From: a virus
DNA: 58,113 nucleotides
IMG/VR virus record: IMGVR_UViG_3300035529_000070
Span: 1-58,113 of that record
Reading direction: 5' to 3' (one strand)
Position numbers and translations under genes: made by a program. Under the pieces are notes generated by a model. It saw nothing but the letters and a program-made list of their open reading frames with translations, had not been told where the DNA came from and did not search any database. Positions 7,801-17,536 of this stretch are shown here, piece by piece. Position 1 is the first letter of the stretch. Each line of letters starts with the position of its first letter.

Positions 7801-8208
7801 TTATGAACACGTTTCTATTTCCATAGACGTTATTTTGCCGTTTGTTTTTTGAACGATAAGGAAAATGCTTTTTGGTTGAGTAAGAACCAATATTCCCTCA
7901 GCTTGTTTAATTTTTTTGTCTTCAGTAATTCCTCTTTTTTCACTTTCTTTGCTGATGTCATTGGCAGAGATATGAAATTCCTTTTGTAAAGCAGATAACA
8001 TCTCTTCAAGCGTTGTTCCGATATAATCTTTACAAAAATTAGTCACCTCATCCAACATTTCTTTTTCTTGTTCAGTAATGTACTTAACCATTGAACATTC
8101 CTCCTTTAAATTTGTGTTCTGTTGAATTATATCTAAATCTATTCTGATCCCCACTACCAAAACAATTATAAAAATAGAAAACAATATTACCCCGAGATAA
8201 ACCATCAT
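7801..8208 (-). CDS. hypothetical protein, paralog of 7481-7768; optional N-terminal TM extension (internal start 8091)
   Basis: TAATG coupling at 8208 and an aggagg RBS before ATG 8091. Confidence 0.7.
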   Translation of the reverse strand: MMVYLGVILFSIFIIVLVVGIRIDLDIIQQNTNLKEECSMVKYITEQEKEMLDEVTNFCKDYIGTTLEEMLSALQKEFHISANDISKESEKRGITEDKKIKQAEGILVLTQPKSIFLIVQKTNGKITSMEIETCS

Positions 8209-8525
8209 TATAACCAGCTCTTATCTTCTAAAGACATGTTACCCACCTTTATGACATCTGGCTGTTTGTACAAGTTTTCAACATCTTCGACATCTGCAAC
8301 ATTCACCGACCATTCTATGGTAGATTTTTTACCTGTCGGAGTTTCGAACTTGACTATACTGTTGGTATCCAACAATATCTTTTGTTCCCCTTCTAAGAAC
8401 TTAAAAAACTTGGTATCATATGGGTTGAATTTATCTAGTTCTTGGCCGTTTCTCCAAACAAAATCTTTTTTCAGTAGTTGTATTACTCTTTTTAGTTCAT
8501 CTCTGTTGTTTACCATTATGTACAT
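8208..8525 (-). CDS. hypothetical protein (distantly similar to 19527-19805)
   Basis: Start trimmed to limit overlap with the zinc-finger gene; NNxxE...FxW...NPY pattern shared. Confidence 0.6.
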   Translation of the reverse strand: MYIMVNNRDELKRVIQLLKKDFVWRNGQELDKFNPYDTKFFKFLEGEQKILLDTNSIVKFETPTGKKSTIEWSVNVADVEDVENLYKQPDVIKVGNMSLEDKSWL

Positions 8526-8721
8526 CTTCTTGTTCAGCCTCACTTTCGTTGTCAAATAAAGATAGTTGATTTTCTGGAACCTTTTTATGAGAGGTATGAT
8601 GATGTCTAACACCATGAGCTGAAACCCCAAACTCTTTTTCATAACATTCTGGGCCATATCCTCTAGCTTGAGATTCAGGATCTGTAAGTAGTCTACCGCA
8701 TCTTTGACATACCCTATACAT
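8497..8721 (-). CDS. DUF6011-like zinc-finger protein
   Basis: CQRCGRLLTDPESQARGYGPEC motif. Confidence 0.8.
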   Translation of the reverse strand: MYRVCQRCGRLLTDPESQARGYGPECYEKEFGVSAHGVRHHHTSHKKVPENQLSLFDNESEAEQEDVHNGKQQR

Positions 8722-9046
8722 CTTTCTCCTCAAATACTTTTACAAAATGATCTTGCATTTTGGTCAAATGGTTTTCATGCATTTCATAGAGTATGGCAAT
8801 TGTATCAAATATTTGTTGTTCATTACTATCTTTTAAATACTTTTGAGCTTCTTTAGTAAAAGTCTCCCAACAATTAGGTTCTGCATACAATACTTTTAAA
8901 TAATATTTACCTGCTGAGTTCTTATATAGTTCCAATATGTGAGGATCTTCATCTACTTTCTCTAATTTCATTTTTTCTTCAAAAGACATATCCTTTTCTT
9001 TATCTTTCCATTCTAAATATTCCCCATGTGTTATAAACAAAGTCAT
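8714..9046 (-). CDS. hypothetical protein
   Basis: gaggggg RBS, ATGA overlap. Confidence 0.7.
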   Translation of the reverse strand: MTLFITHGEYLEWKDKEKDMSFEEKMKLEKVDEDPHILELYKNSAGKYYLKVLYAEPNCWETFTKEAQKYLKDSNEQQIFDTIAILYEMHENHLTKMQDHFVKVFEEKDV

Positions 9047-9513
9047 TCCCCCTCTTCTTCTTTGCCAACTACATCTGTTATGTTGGTGTTGTTTAACTGT
9101 TGTTCTATAAAATTCTGTAATTCTACTCCACATTTATTATATGTTTGTTTCATTATATTTTTAAGTATATCATTTTCTCTTTTCAACTTCAAATTCTTCT
9201 CTCTGCAAAGTAAAAATTGGTCATAATGTTCCTGCGCATTTTTCTTATATTCCAAAGCTCTATGTTCAAAAGTTTCTTTTTGTTTAAAAAGTTCATCTCC
9301 TCTAATTTGTTCCTTTACAAATTCTGTTTGCAATTGGTTAAATTTTTCATTATAATCAATCAAATTACGTTCATACAAAGTTTTTATTTCTTTTATGGTC
9401 TGAGAAACATTATCTTGATTTTTCCTTTGTTCAAAAATAGATTTCCTTACAATCCATAAAGCTATTATTACTCCAACAATTGCAATGATATTCAAAATGT
9501 CTGTTATAGCCAT
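9043..9513 (-). CDS. membrane-anchored coiled-coil protein
   Basis: ggagg RBS; N-terminal TM (ILNIIAIVGVIIALWIV) then E/K/Q-rich helix. Confidence 0.75.
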   Translation of the reverse strand: MAITDILNIIAIVGVIIALWIVRKSIFEQRKNQDNVSQTIKEIKTLYERNLIDYNEKFNQLQTEFVKEQIRGDELFKQKETFEHRALEYKKNAQEHYDQFLLCREKNLKLKRENDILKNIMKQTYNKCGVELQNFIEQQLNNTNITDVVGKEEEGE

Positions 9514-9665
9514 ATATATCAACCTCCATATAATAGGGTCTTTATTATTATAAACCACGAAACCCTTATTGTCAAACATAAAAAAACGTGATACCATAAA
9601 AGTATACTATAAAATTACTATTTTTTTGGTATATATTATATGTTATAATTACAAATTTTAAAGGG

Positions 9666-10598
9666 GTGAAAAAAATGGAAATTAAACAAACAAAACCACA
9701 CAACACTATCGTTATGCATGGACATCATTTTGGAAGATACTGGGTTATAGAAAGGAATATACTAAAAAAAGAAGATGAAAGGCAAGATTGGTTCTGTGCT
9801 TATATCCAAATTACTGAAGAAGAATTAGATTTATTCCCAACCAGTAACAACATATCAAATATAGAACTGGATGTATTTGGTGGTATAAGTTATCAAGGAA
9901 CACGTCCTGCCCACGATGGAGAACATCTGTACATAGGATGGGATTATATGTTAGATTTCGAAGGTAGAAACGAGCATGATATATCAGAAGAGGTTAGAAA
10001 GGCCATAGACGAATACGAAAATAAACTTGAGAGTATTTGTATGGAAAAGTATAAAAAATGTTTTCACATCGCAAATAAAGGCACTAAAGACGAAATATAT
10101 ATAATCACCGATGTGCATAATGATGAAATAATATCTATCTTAAAGAGAGGTATTTTTAACAAATATCATAAAGACGCCACTGAAAGTTATATAGTGTGTG
10201 ATGAATGCGACAAGATATTAAAAAACGAAGATTTTTACAATGAAGGTGATTTTCTATTTGAAGATCATTATGTATGTAATGACTGTTTGAAAAAAAATGT
10301 GGAAGAATATATAGATTTTCATATATGTAATAATACAAATGATATAACTACGGTTAAAGAACAGGTTGTGTCTGAAGATGATCTTAAAAATCAAAGGTTC
10401 AGTCTTCAATTAACCATTTACGCCCCAGAGAGAGATACCTATCAAGATATAAAGGAATATTTGAAAAGGTTAGATCTGGATAAAATAGAGTTTATAATAA
10501 CAGACCGTTATCAAGGCGGTATGGGAGTGCATAAATACAAACTCTATATAAGAAAAAAAGATGAAGATTATCACTATATTCAAATACAAGATAGTTAA
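9666..10598 (+). CDS. hypothetical phage protein with CxxC...CxxC zinc finger
   Basis: WFCAYI...VFGGISY...IGWD motif; CDEC and CNDC. Confidence 0.75.
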   Translation: MKKMEIKQTKPHNTIVMHGHHFGRYWVIERNILKKEDERQDWFCAYIQITEEELDLFPTSNNISNIELDVFGGISYQGTRPAHDGEHLYIGWDYMLDFEGRNEHDISEEVRKAIDEYENKLESICMEKYKKCFHIANKGTKDEIYIITDVHNDEIISILKRGIFNKYHKDATESYIVCDECDKILKNEDFYNEGDFLFEDHYVCNDCLKKNVEEYIDFHICNNTNDITTVKEQVVSEDDLKNQRFSLQLTIYAPERDTYQDIKEYLKRLDLDKIEFIITDRYQGGMGVHKYKLYIRKKDEDYHYIQIQDS

Positions 10599-10731
10599 AA
10601 GCCTACTAAAGATTACACTGAATTCAATATACTCAAATGACCTTGCCACGGCAGGGTTATTTTTATATCAACACATATAATTTTTGGAATATATTATATG
10701 TTATAATCACAAACTTAAAGGAGGTAGTAAA

Positions 10732-11232
10732 ATGAAAGTATTTATTGCATGTTTAGGCAAAGAAGGCAAGGAAAGGGGTAAATGGTTTGAATACCCTTTT
10801 GACAATGTTTGGGAAGATATGGAACAAGACTTCATGGAAGAATTTGGAGTAGATGATCCAAACAAAATCTATATAGGAAAAACCGAAGGCATTCCATTTG
10901 AAGTAAAAAAAGATGATGACATTGAAAGACTTTTTGAAGTATTAGAATACATAGATGGGTTAGTTGAAAATGAAGCTCTAGCTCTTATAGAAGCTTTAGG
11001 GGACTACAAAGAAATACCAAATTATTTCAACTATAATTATTATCCTGATCAGACTTTAGAAGATTTGGCAAGAGAATATGCAGAAGAACAAATAGAAGAT
11101 TTGATTATGGCTGCTGCAGAAAACCAAGCCAAAAACATAGATATACAATTCAATATAGAACAAATAGTCAAAGATTATAAAGCCTCAGGGGAATACACTG
11201 AAACAAAATATGGTGTAATTCAATGGACATGA
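10732..11232 (+). CDS. ardA: ArdA-like antirestriction (DNA-mimic) protein
   Basis: MKVFIACLG...GKWFEYP N-terminus; very acidic; LEDLAREY and FNIEQIVKDY..SGEYTETKYGVI C-terminus fit the ArdA pattern. Confidence 0.65.
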   Translation: MKVFIACLGKEGKERGKWFEYPFDNVWEDMEQDFMEEFGVDDPNKIYIGKTEGIPFEVKKDDDIERLFEVLEYIDGLVENEALALIEALGDYKEIPNYFNYNYYPDQTLEDLAREYAEEQIEDLIMAAAENQAKNIDIQFNIEQIVKDYKASGEYTETKYGVIQWT

Positions 11233-11332
11233 TTGTATGTGTCCAAACTATATGAATTATAAAGATTCAAACTATGAGCTTTTATTTCAAGCAAGAGAAA
11301 GTAGAAAAAATAAAAAGAAGGAGAAAGCAAAT

Positions 11333-11755
11333 ATGAGAAAAGGCATTTACGTAGAAAAGAGAACAGGGGAATTATACGAATTCATAGAAGAAACTTTGTA
11401 TAGATTTGATCCCGATAAAAACCCTGTGGAAAAACCTGTCTGTATATTAAAGATAAAAGGCACAGATATTTTTTCCAATGGCAAAACTGTAGTAATAAAT
11501 AAACAAGAATTCGAACAAGAATTCGAATATTCTAAAGAATTTTCAGATGTTTTAGTTAAGATAAACACAGTAGATGAAATAAAAGATTATATACGCACTG
11601 CGGGAAGAAGGAAAGAAAGGGAAATAGAACTTGCTGAAAGTATTAGAAAAGAACTAGATAGATTGGACAGTGTTATATTAGGACTTCGTGATGATACTAA
11701 AAATCAAATGGAAGAAAAAGCTAGAAATTTAAAAATTAATCATAAGGCGAAATAA
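11333..11755 (+). CDS. hypothetical protein
   Basis: aaggag RBS; GIYVEKRTGELY start. Confidence 0.7.
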   Translation: MRKGIYVEKRTGELYEFIEETLYRFDPDKNPVEKPVCILKIKGTDIFSNGKTVVINKQEFEQEFEYSKEFSDVLVKINTVDEIKDYIRTAGRRKEREIELAESIRKELDRLDSVILGLRDDTKNQMEEKARNLKINHKAK

Positions 11756-11851
11756 GAATAAAGAGAAAAATGTTACTGGTATCTTTGTTGATATTAATTT
11801 TAGTATTATCCGTTTTTGCAGGTAGAAAGGTTGAAAAAGAGGAGGATTAAA

Positions 11852-12268
11852 ATGAATTTATTAGGCCAAATGGTAATTTATATATTGCCGTATTATTTAA
11901 TTGCATGGATAATCAGTATATTAGTTTTTGGCACAATGCCTTTATTAATAGGGGGAATAGTATTTATATTTTGTCTTTTATTTCTTAAAATCATTTTTAA
12001 CAAGGCAACAAAATTGCATGTAGAAATTGATGTTATAAAAGAAATCAATAAATTCCCTGACTTTAAAAAGATTCATGCATTCACTATATTAGGGTATAAA
12101 ACTCATAAACTCTACGGAGAAATAACAATCAACAACAACACACCCATGAAGACAACCGTATATATTATTACCAAAAAATCTATTAGTGAATTGCAGAAAG
12201 ATCCAACTAGTTGGTTTTCAAAAATAAAAGTAAGAAAATTAACTAGAAAATTATATCTAAATATATAA
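11852..12268 (+). CDS. two-TM membrane protein
   Basis: gaggagg RBS; two hydrophobic helices. Confidence 0.7.
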   Translation: MNLLGQMVIYILPYYLIAWIISILVFGTMPLLIGGIVFIFCLLFLKIIFNKATKLHVEIDVIKEINKFPDFKKIHAFTILGYKTHKLYGEITINNNTPMKTTVYIITKKSISELQKDPTSWFSKIKVRKLTRKLYLNI

Positions 12269-12372
12269 AAGAAATTGGATTTCAATAAAATAATTCTACT
12301 GTTTTATTATTAAATAAATGAAGAAGAAAATGAATATAAGGTTTTAATTCAAATAAATAAGGAGATGAAAAA

Positions 12373-12612
12373 ATGAAAGTCAAACTATTAAAAGCTAATT
12401 TTTATGAAATAGAAATAAATAAAACAACATTTTATATCAGCTACAACACACCTATAGCTGTAAGACATAATGGCAAATTCTGGGTATCAGAAAACGAATT
12501 TTCCAGAACTACAGGGAAACATTTAAACATGATAAGCGACAATAAAAGCAAAAGGATACCGCATGCAATGCTTATGGAAAAGATCAATGATATAGAAAGG
12601 AGTGGGTTATGA
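12373..12612 (+). CDS. conserved small phage protein (SY-x-TPIA...S-x-TT-x-KH family)
   Basis: SYNTPIA and SRTTGKHLN motifs. Confidence 0.8.
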   Translation: MKVKLLKANFYEIEINKTTFYISYNTPIAVRHNGKFWVSENEFSRTTGKHLNMISDNKSKRIPHAMLMEKINDIERSGL

Positions 12613-13085
12613 TGTCTGACCAAGTTTTCACAACATTCACCCCATTGATAAAAGAAACAATAATAAATATATTACCAGACCATATTATATCAACTTTTGC
12701 TACAGGGAAAGATGTAGTTGTATTGTTTGATACTGAAAACGGAACTCTGGCAATTATAAACCCAGATACAGAAGAAGAATTTAGAGAGTTAAATCTATTA
12801 GCCAAAATGGCCGAAGGATATAGGCCAGTAACTGAAGATAATTTTTTAGATTTTATAACAACAAAGTTATCACCAGAAAAAGAAACAGAGTATGCAAGGC
12901 CTTTGTGGGCAGAATATACTGAAGCATCAAAAGGATTCATATTCGATGATTATGAAAATTTGTTACCGCACTCAGAACAATATTACTCAACATTGAAAGA
13001 AATATACGAAGATTTAAAACATGTAGTGCCTTGTATATTTATATACGGGAAGTTATTAGTTGAGCTATCAGAAAACGAAATATAG
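12609..13085 (+). CDS. hypothetical protein
   Basis: ATGA coupling, aaggag RBS. Confidence 0.75.
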   Translation: MMSDQVFTTFTPLIKETIINILPDHIISTFATGKDVVVLFDTENGTLAIINPDTEEEFRELNLLAKMAEGYRPVTEDNFLDFITTKLSPEKETEYARPLWAEYTEASKGFIFDDYENLLPHSEQYYSTLKEIYEDLKHVVPCIFIYGKLLVELSENEI

Positions 13086-13092
13086 ATTCAAC

Positions 13093-13121
13093 TTGACAAA
13101 ACGGTAATTATATCATAAAAT
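13093..13121 (+). promoter_or_regulatory. sigma70-type promoter
   Basis: TTGACA-17-TAAAAT upstream of 13151. Confidence 0.7.
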
Positions 13122-13150
13122 ATAAACATATCATATTAGGAGGGATTTAT

Positions 13151-13390
13151 ATGTACACAGTGGATAACAGACCAAGTAATGCAGGAGAGGTATTTTCTAT
13201 AATTTCTATCATCACAGGGATAGTAGGATTATTTGTAATAGGCTTGTTGTTTGGACTAATAGCTATCATTACAGGTATTATAGGGGTAGCTATCAATGCA
13301 AGTCAACAAATTGGATACGGCAAAGCCATAGGCGGAATCGTGTTGGGTGTTATAGATATGACTGCGGTTTTACTATTCTTCTCGCTGTAA
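13151..13390 (+). CDS. DUF4190-like two-TM membrane protein
   Basis: AIITGIIG...GKAIGGIVLG pattern; own promoter. Confidence 0.75.
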   Translation: MYTVDNRPSNAGEVFSIISIITGIVGLFVIGLLFGLIAIITGIIGVAINASQQIGYGKAIGGIVLGVIDMTAVLLFFSL

Positions 13391-13493
13391 CGCGAAACCC
13401 CATTTAGGTTTGACTTTCGAAAGTTAAAGCTGTATAATAATAGGGAGGCATTGCGCTTCCCTATTTTTTTATTAATATGAAGGAGTGATCTGA

Positions 13494-13985
13494 ATGTTTT
13501 CTAAGAAACTAATTGGCAAAAGGACTTACAACAAATACACATATAATTTTATGAGCTTTGTATTTGAATACGAAGAAGGTATACTTAATCTCAATCCTGT
13601 GTATCAGAGGGATGATATATGGGATCATGAAGATAAAGAAAAGTTATTGGACAGTGTTTTTGCAGATGTTCCGATAGGAGTCATCACAAGAAGTAAAACT
13701 ATAAATCAAAAGAAAGAAGATTCTTCACTGAATATAATAGACGGGAAACAAAGGCTTAGAACTCTCATAGATTACGTACATGATAAATGGAGTTATAAAG
13801 GATTTAAGTTCTCTGAATTGGAAGATGAAGATCAGAGGCATATAAACAATTTATCTCTGCCGTTAATAGAAATAAACAACCCTACACTGCAAGAAGAAAT
13901 TCAAGTATTCATAAAACTCAACACTCATGGTAAATTGATGAGTGATGAATATATAGAAAGAGCGAAAGAACTTTTAAAGGATTAG
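13494..13985 (+). CDS. stand-alone DUF262 (ParB-like, GmrS-type) domain protein
   Basis: LNPVYQRDDIW, LLDSV, PIG, IIDGKQRL and FIKLN motifs. Confidence 0.85.
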   Translation: MFSKKLIGKRTYNKYTYNFMSFVFEYEEGILNLNPVYQRDDIWDHEDKEKLLDSVFADVPIGVITRSKTINQKKEDSSLNIIDGKQRLRTLIDYVHDKWSYKGFKFSELEDEDQRHINNLSLPLIEINNPTLQEEIQVFIKLNTHGKLMSDEYIERAKELLKD

Positions 13986-13999
13986 GTTCGTTAGCCATT

Positions 14000-14302
14000 A
14001 TGATCTTGAACATGAACTTGGTGGCTTTGACTCATAAATTGAAAAGTTCTATAATATTTTCCAACGATAAATGGAAGAAGAAGAGAAGTCTGATATTCAA
14101 ATCATCCAAACAATTATTCACATTCCCTATATACAACATCATTGCTATATACATAGCTAAATTGCTGGGGCTATCAGAGGAACTGATATTCGCCCCATTT
14201 CTTATATTCGTAGTTATGATTAGTTATATGTCATATTTATACATTCAATACATAAATATGCATATAGCCAAATTAGATTCTAAACCGAAAAAAAAAGACT
14301 GA
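14000..14302 (+). CDS. two-TM membrane protein
   Basis: Hydrophobic segments; start uncertain. Confidence 0.55.
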   Translation: MILNMNLVALTHKLKSSIIFSNDKWKKKRSLIFKSSKQLFTFPIYNIIAIYIAKLLGLSEELIFAPFLIFVVMISYMSYLYIQYINMHIAKLDSKPKKKD

Positions 14303-14351
14303 TTATTGGTATATATTACTTGTTAATATTACAATAATAAGGAGGAGAAAG

Positions 14352-14498
14352 ATGACATTTGAAGAGTACAACCAGTATTTAATTGATGAAAAAGAGGGTT
14401 TAATTGTAGAAACAGTTATTAAAGATGTTTTTAAAAAATACTTAACAATTAATGGAAGGGTAAACATCTATAAAGTAGAAGCCCACGAGGAGGATTAA
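14352..14498 (+). CDS. 48-aa hypothetical protein (MTFEEYNQYL...)
   Basis: Hand-translated; aaggagg RBS; follows a TGGTATAT motif. Confidence 0.65.
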   Translation: MTFEEYNQYLIDEKEGLIVETVIKDVFKKYLTINGRVNIYKVEAHEED

Positions 14499-14565
14499 TA
14501 ATGAAAAGAAAAACAAAAGAAAAAATTAAAAATAACAAAATGAACTTAGATAATATAAAGGAGGA

Positions 14566-15564
14566 ATGAAAATGGATAAAAAATTTGAATTAACTAAAGA
14601 TACTATAGAGTTTATGGGAAGTACATTGTATAGAATTAAAGCGTTGCAAAATTTTGATGATATAAAAAAAGGAGACTTGGGTGGTTATTTAGAAAATGAA
14701 AGTAATTTATCTAATGACGGTAACGCATGGGTTTATGGGAATGTAAAAGTTTTTGGCAATGCAAAAGTTTACGGAAATGCAAGAATTTATGATGATGCAA
14801 AAGTTTTTGACGATGCGGAAGTTTTTGGTGATGCAAAGGTTTGTGAAAGTGCAATAGTTTTTGGAGGCGCAAAAATTTTTGAAAATGCAGAAGTTTTTGG
14901 ACATGCAGAAGTTTTTGGGCACGCAAAAGTTTCTGGGCATGCAAGAGTTTGTGAAAATGCAGAAGTTTTTGAAGGTGCAATAGTTTTTGAAAATGCAGAA
15001 GTTTATGGAAATTCAAGAGTCTATGGCAATGCAGAAGTTTCTGGAAATGCATGGGCTTATGGTGATGCAGAAATTTATGGGAATACAAAAGTTTATTGTG
15101 ATGCAGAAGTTTTTGGAAATGCAAAAATTTTTGGAGGTGCAATAGTTTCTGGAAATGCAAGAGTTTTTGGAGATGCAAAAGTTTATCATCATCAAATTGT
15201 TAGATACGGAACTCTGAAAAATAATGTTTTTAAAGAAAAAGATTGGAAACAAGCTTTATATAATCTTTATGGCATTTTACCAATAAACAATAAAGTTATT
15301 TTATATAAAAAAATAAATAAAGATTGGAGTAGTAATTATGATAAGAGTTTTAGATATTATAAAAAAGGCATTGTTAAAGTCTTAGATTTTGATACAGATA
15401 TAAGAGAGTCTTGTGCGTCTGGTTTACATTTTGCAGATCCAGATTATTATAATGAGGGGGATATATTAATAGCGGCAGAAATAGATTTAGAAGACATTAT
15501 AACTGTTCAAAATGGAAAGGTAAGATGTAAAAAAGCCAATGTTTTAGGGGAAGTTTTTATATAA
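14566..15564 (+). CDS. hexapeptide-repeat (left-handed beta-helix-like) phage protein
   Basis: KFELT...LYRIKAL...GDLGGYLE N-terminus, about 26 (G/E)(N/D)AxV(F/Y) repeats, C-terminal CASGLHF domain. Confidence 0.85.
   Translation: MKMDKKFELTKDTIEFMGSTLYRIKALQNFDDIKKGDLGGYLENESNLSNDGNAWVYGNVKVFGNAKVYGNARIYDDAKVFDDAEVFGDAKVCESAIVFGGAKIFENAEVFGHAEVFGHAKVSGHARVCENAEVFEGAIVFENAEVYGNSRVYGNAEVSGNAWAYGDAEIYGNTKVYCDAEVFGNAKIFGGAIVSGNARVFGDAKVYHHQIVRYGTLKNNVFKEKDWKQALYNLYGILPINNKVILYKKINKDWSSNYDKSFRYYKKGIVKVLDFDTDIRESCASGLHFADPDYYNEGDILIAAEIDLEDIITVQNGKVRCKKANVLGEVFI
14719..15186 (+). repeat. 18-bp coding tandem repeat (hexapeptide)
   Basis: Recurrent aatgcagaagtttttgga-like units. Confidence 0.8.
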
Positions 15565-15757
15565 TATCAAAACATTTATATGAACAGAGAATAAAATTTA
15601 TTGGGGATAAATTAACAATGGAATTTTTTCAATTATAAAAAGGAGGCAATTATTGCAATGAATTTTTAGCTAATGAAATAAGTGAACAATTTAACATTGA
15701 TTTTAAGTATTTAACACATGGGAAATTAATTTATAAACTATAAAGGGAGGTTTTTAT

Positions 15758-16525
15758 ATGTTTGATATTTACAAAGTTTTTGCTAAATCTGGCGAGTTTA
15801 AAGGCTATAAAAATAAACCCTATTTGGGGGAAATAATTGTTCATGAAGATGATGAACCTATGGGAGTTGCGTTAAAAACATATGATAGATTGACTGAAGA
15901 AGAAATAGAATGTGTATATAAAAGAAAGTTGAGTATTAACAGACATGGTTTAAGTGTTTATAACGATAAATATTATATAGATATAAATTATAGTGATGAT
16001 TATTTTATGGATTTTGTATCTGAAGATGATATAGTTAAGTTGGCATTATTTCATAATAGTTATAATCTACCCAACAATGTAGATTTTACTTCTGATAATT
16101 TTGAAAATTGGGATGATATGGAAAAAAATATTATGGAAGATTTTGAACCTGTCGTTATAGAACCAATTTCTATGACGGATCATTCTGGATTATTTGTTTG
16201 TAAAGGAGTTGTCAATGATTGGGATTCAGGACAAATAGGTTTTGCATTTATACCAAAAGAAACTCAAGAAGAATTTGGGTTGAGTTATGAACAATGTGAA
16301 AAGATTTTAAATAATAGAATTAAAGAATTAGAAAATCATGTAGCTGGCGAAGTATTTTTTGCAACTGTTTTTGATTTAGAGAATAAGCCAGGAAGAGAAG
16401 TTGAATATATTGAAGTAATTGGAGTTTTTTATGGTTCTGACTTTAATAAAAATGGTCTATATAAAGCAGTAGAGGATGTAATTGGTGAAACTTTAAATTA
16501 TGACGAATTAAAAAGTGTATATTAA
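15758..16525 (+). CDS. conserved hypothetical phage protein (DHSG...WDSGQ family)
   Basis: MTDHSGL and WDSGQIGF motifs. Confidence 0.8.
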   Translation: MFDIYKVFAKSGEFKGYKNKPYLGEIIVHEDDEPMGVALKTYDRLTEEEIECVYKRKLSINRHGLSVYNDKYYIDINYSDDYFMDFVSEDDIVKLALFHNSYNLPNNVDFTSDNFENWDDMEKNIMEDFEPVVIEPISMTDHSGLFVCKGVVNDWDSGQIGFAFIPKETQEEFGLSYEQCEKILNNRIKELENHVAGEVFFATVFDLENKPGREVEYIEVIGVFYGSDFNKNGLYKAVEDVIGETLNYDELKSVY

Positions 16526-16608
16526 TTTTATATATGGGTGGCGTGAGCCACCCTATTTATTTTAAATAACTATTTATATGGTAAAATTTGTCTAAGGAGG
16601 AATTTTAT

Positions 16609-16941
16609 ATGGCAAATCAAAATGAAAAGAAGTTTAAAGATGTTTCTAGTTTTGTTGGATTTTTAATTGGATTGTTTGGTGAAGATTCTTTAAAGGAAAT
16701 AAAGATAGATGTAAGTGATGTTTTTCCAGATACGGTTAATAAAGTTTCAGTTTGTGTTCCAATAGAAGATGAAGATGGTTATGATTACATAAGCGTTAAA
16801 ATATTTTCTACTGTTAATGATGAGTATGTTGTTTTTACAACAAATAAGTATATTGATGAAATTTCTAAAATTGTTCAGTCTATTAAATATAATGTTTTAA
16901 GTTACCAATCTGTTGATGATAGTGAAGACGTTGATGCTTAA
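16609..16941 (+). CDS. hypothetical protein
   Basis: aaggagg RBS before ATG 16609. Confidence 0.75.
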   Translation: MANQNEKKFKDVSSFVGFLIGLFGEDSLKEIKIDVSDVFPDTVNKVSVCVPIEDEDGYDYISVKIFSTVNDEYVVFTTNKYIDEISKIVQSIKYNVLSYQSVDDSEDVDA

Positions 16942-17016
16942 AATGATTTCATATTTAATTAATATATTATTAAAGCCTCAATGTTTTTTAGATTAAATTT
17001 AGAAGGTGGTATATAA

Positions 17017-17523
17017 ATGACTCATTTTCTGTTGAAAAGAGATTATAAAGATAATTGGGAAAAAGAAAATCCAATTATACATCAAGGCGAAATGATATTT
17101 GTTATTGATTTAAATGCTGTGAAGGTTGGAATAGGTAAAAAATACAAAGATACCGATTTTATAGATTCTGAAGTTTATATAAATGGTTTATATATTTATA
17201 AAGAACTTGGACAAATAAAAGCTGATTTGGCTAGTGATTTGACTGAATTTTTAAAAAAGACAAGAGAGGAATCTTTAAATAGAAATTTTTATACAAGATA
17301 TGAAGAAATACAGGAAATTTTTAGTAAGTATAATTTCAAAAGTTTGAATATAGAAACTATTAAAGAGGAAAATGTTATAATAAAACTAATAGATACATCA
17401 GCTACTAATGAAACTGGTAAAAAGATATCTTTTAATTTTAAAGTTATTGATAATAAAATAGTGGGATGCAGTTTTAAAAATGTTAATTTAAACAAATCTG
17501 GTGGTTATTATGATAATTTATAA
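17017..17523 (+). CDS. protein with Mtd_N / hyaluronidase-N-like N-terminal domain
   Basis: KRDYKDNWEKENPIIHQGEMIFVIDLNAVKVGIG matches the R..W...NP.L..GE....D....K.G.G pattern. Confidence 0.6.
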   Translation: MTHFLLKRDYKDNWEKENPIIHQGEMIFVIDLNAVKVGIGKKYKDTDFIDSEVYINGLYIYKELGQIKADLASDLTEFLKKTREESLNRNFYTRYEEIQEIFSKYNFKSLNIETIKEENVIIKLIDTSATNETGKKISFNFKVIDNKIVGCSFKNVNLNKSGGYYDNL

Positions 17524-17536
17524 GGAGTTGAATTGA

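Noticed and set aside
14707-15252. Minus-strand repetitive ORFs (QKLLH / KNFC repeats)
   Set aside because: Antisense shadows of the hexapeptide-repeat gene.
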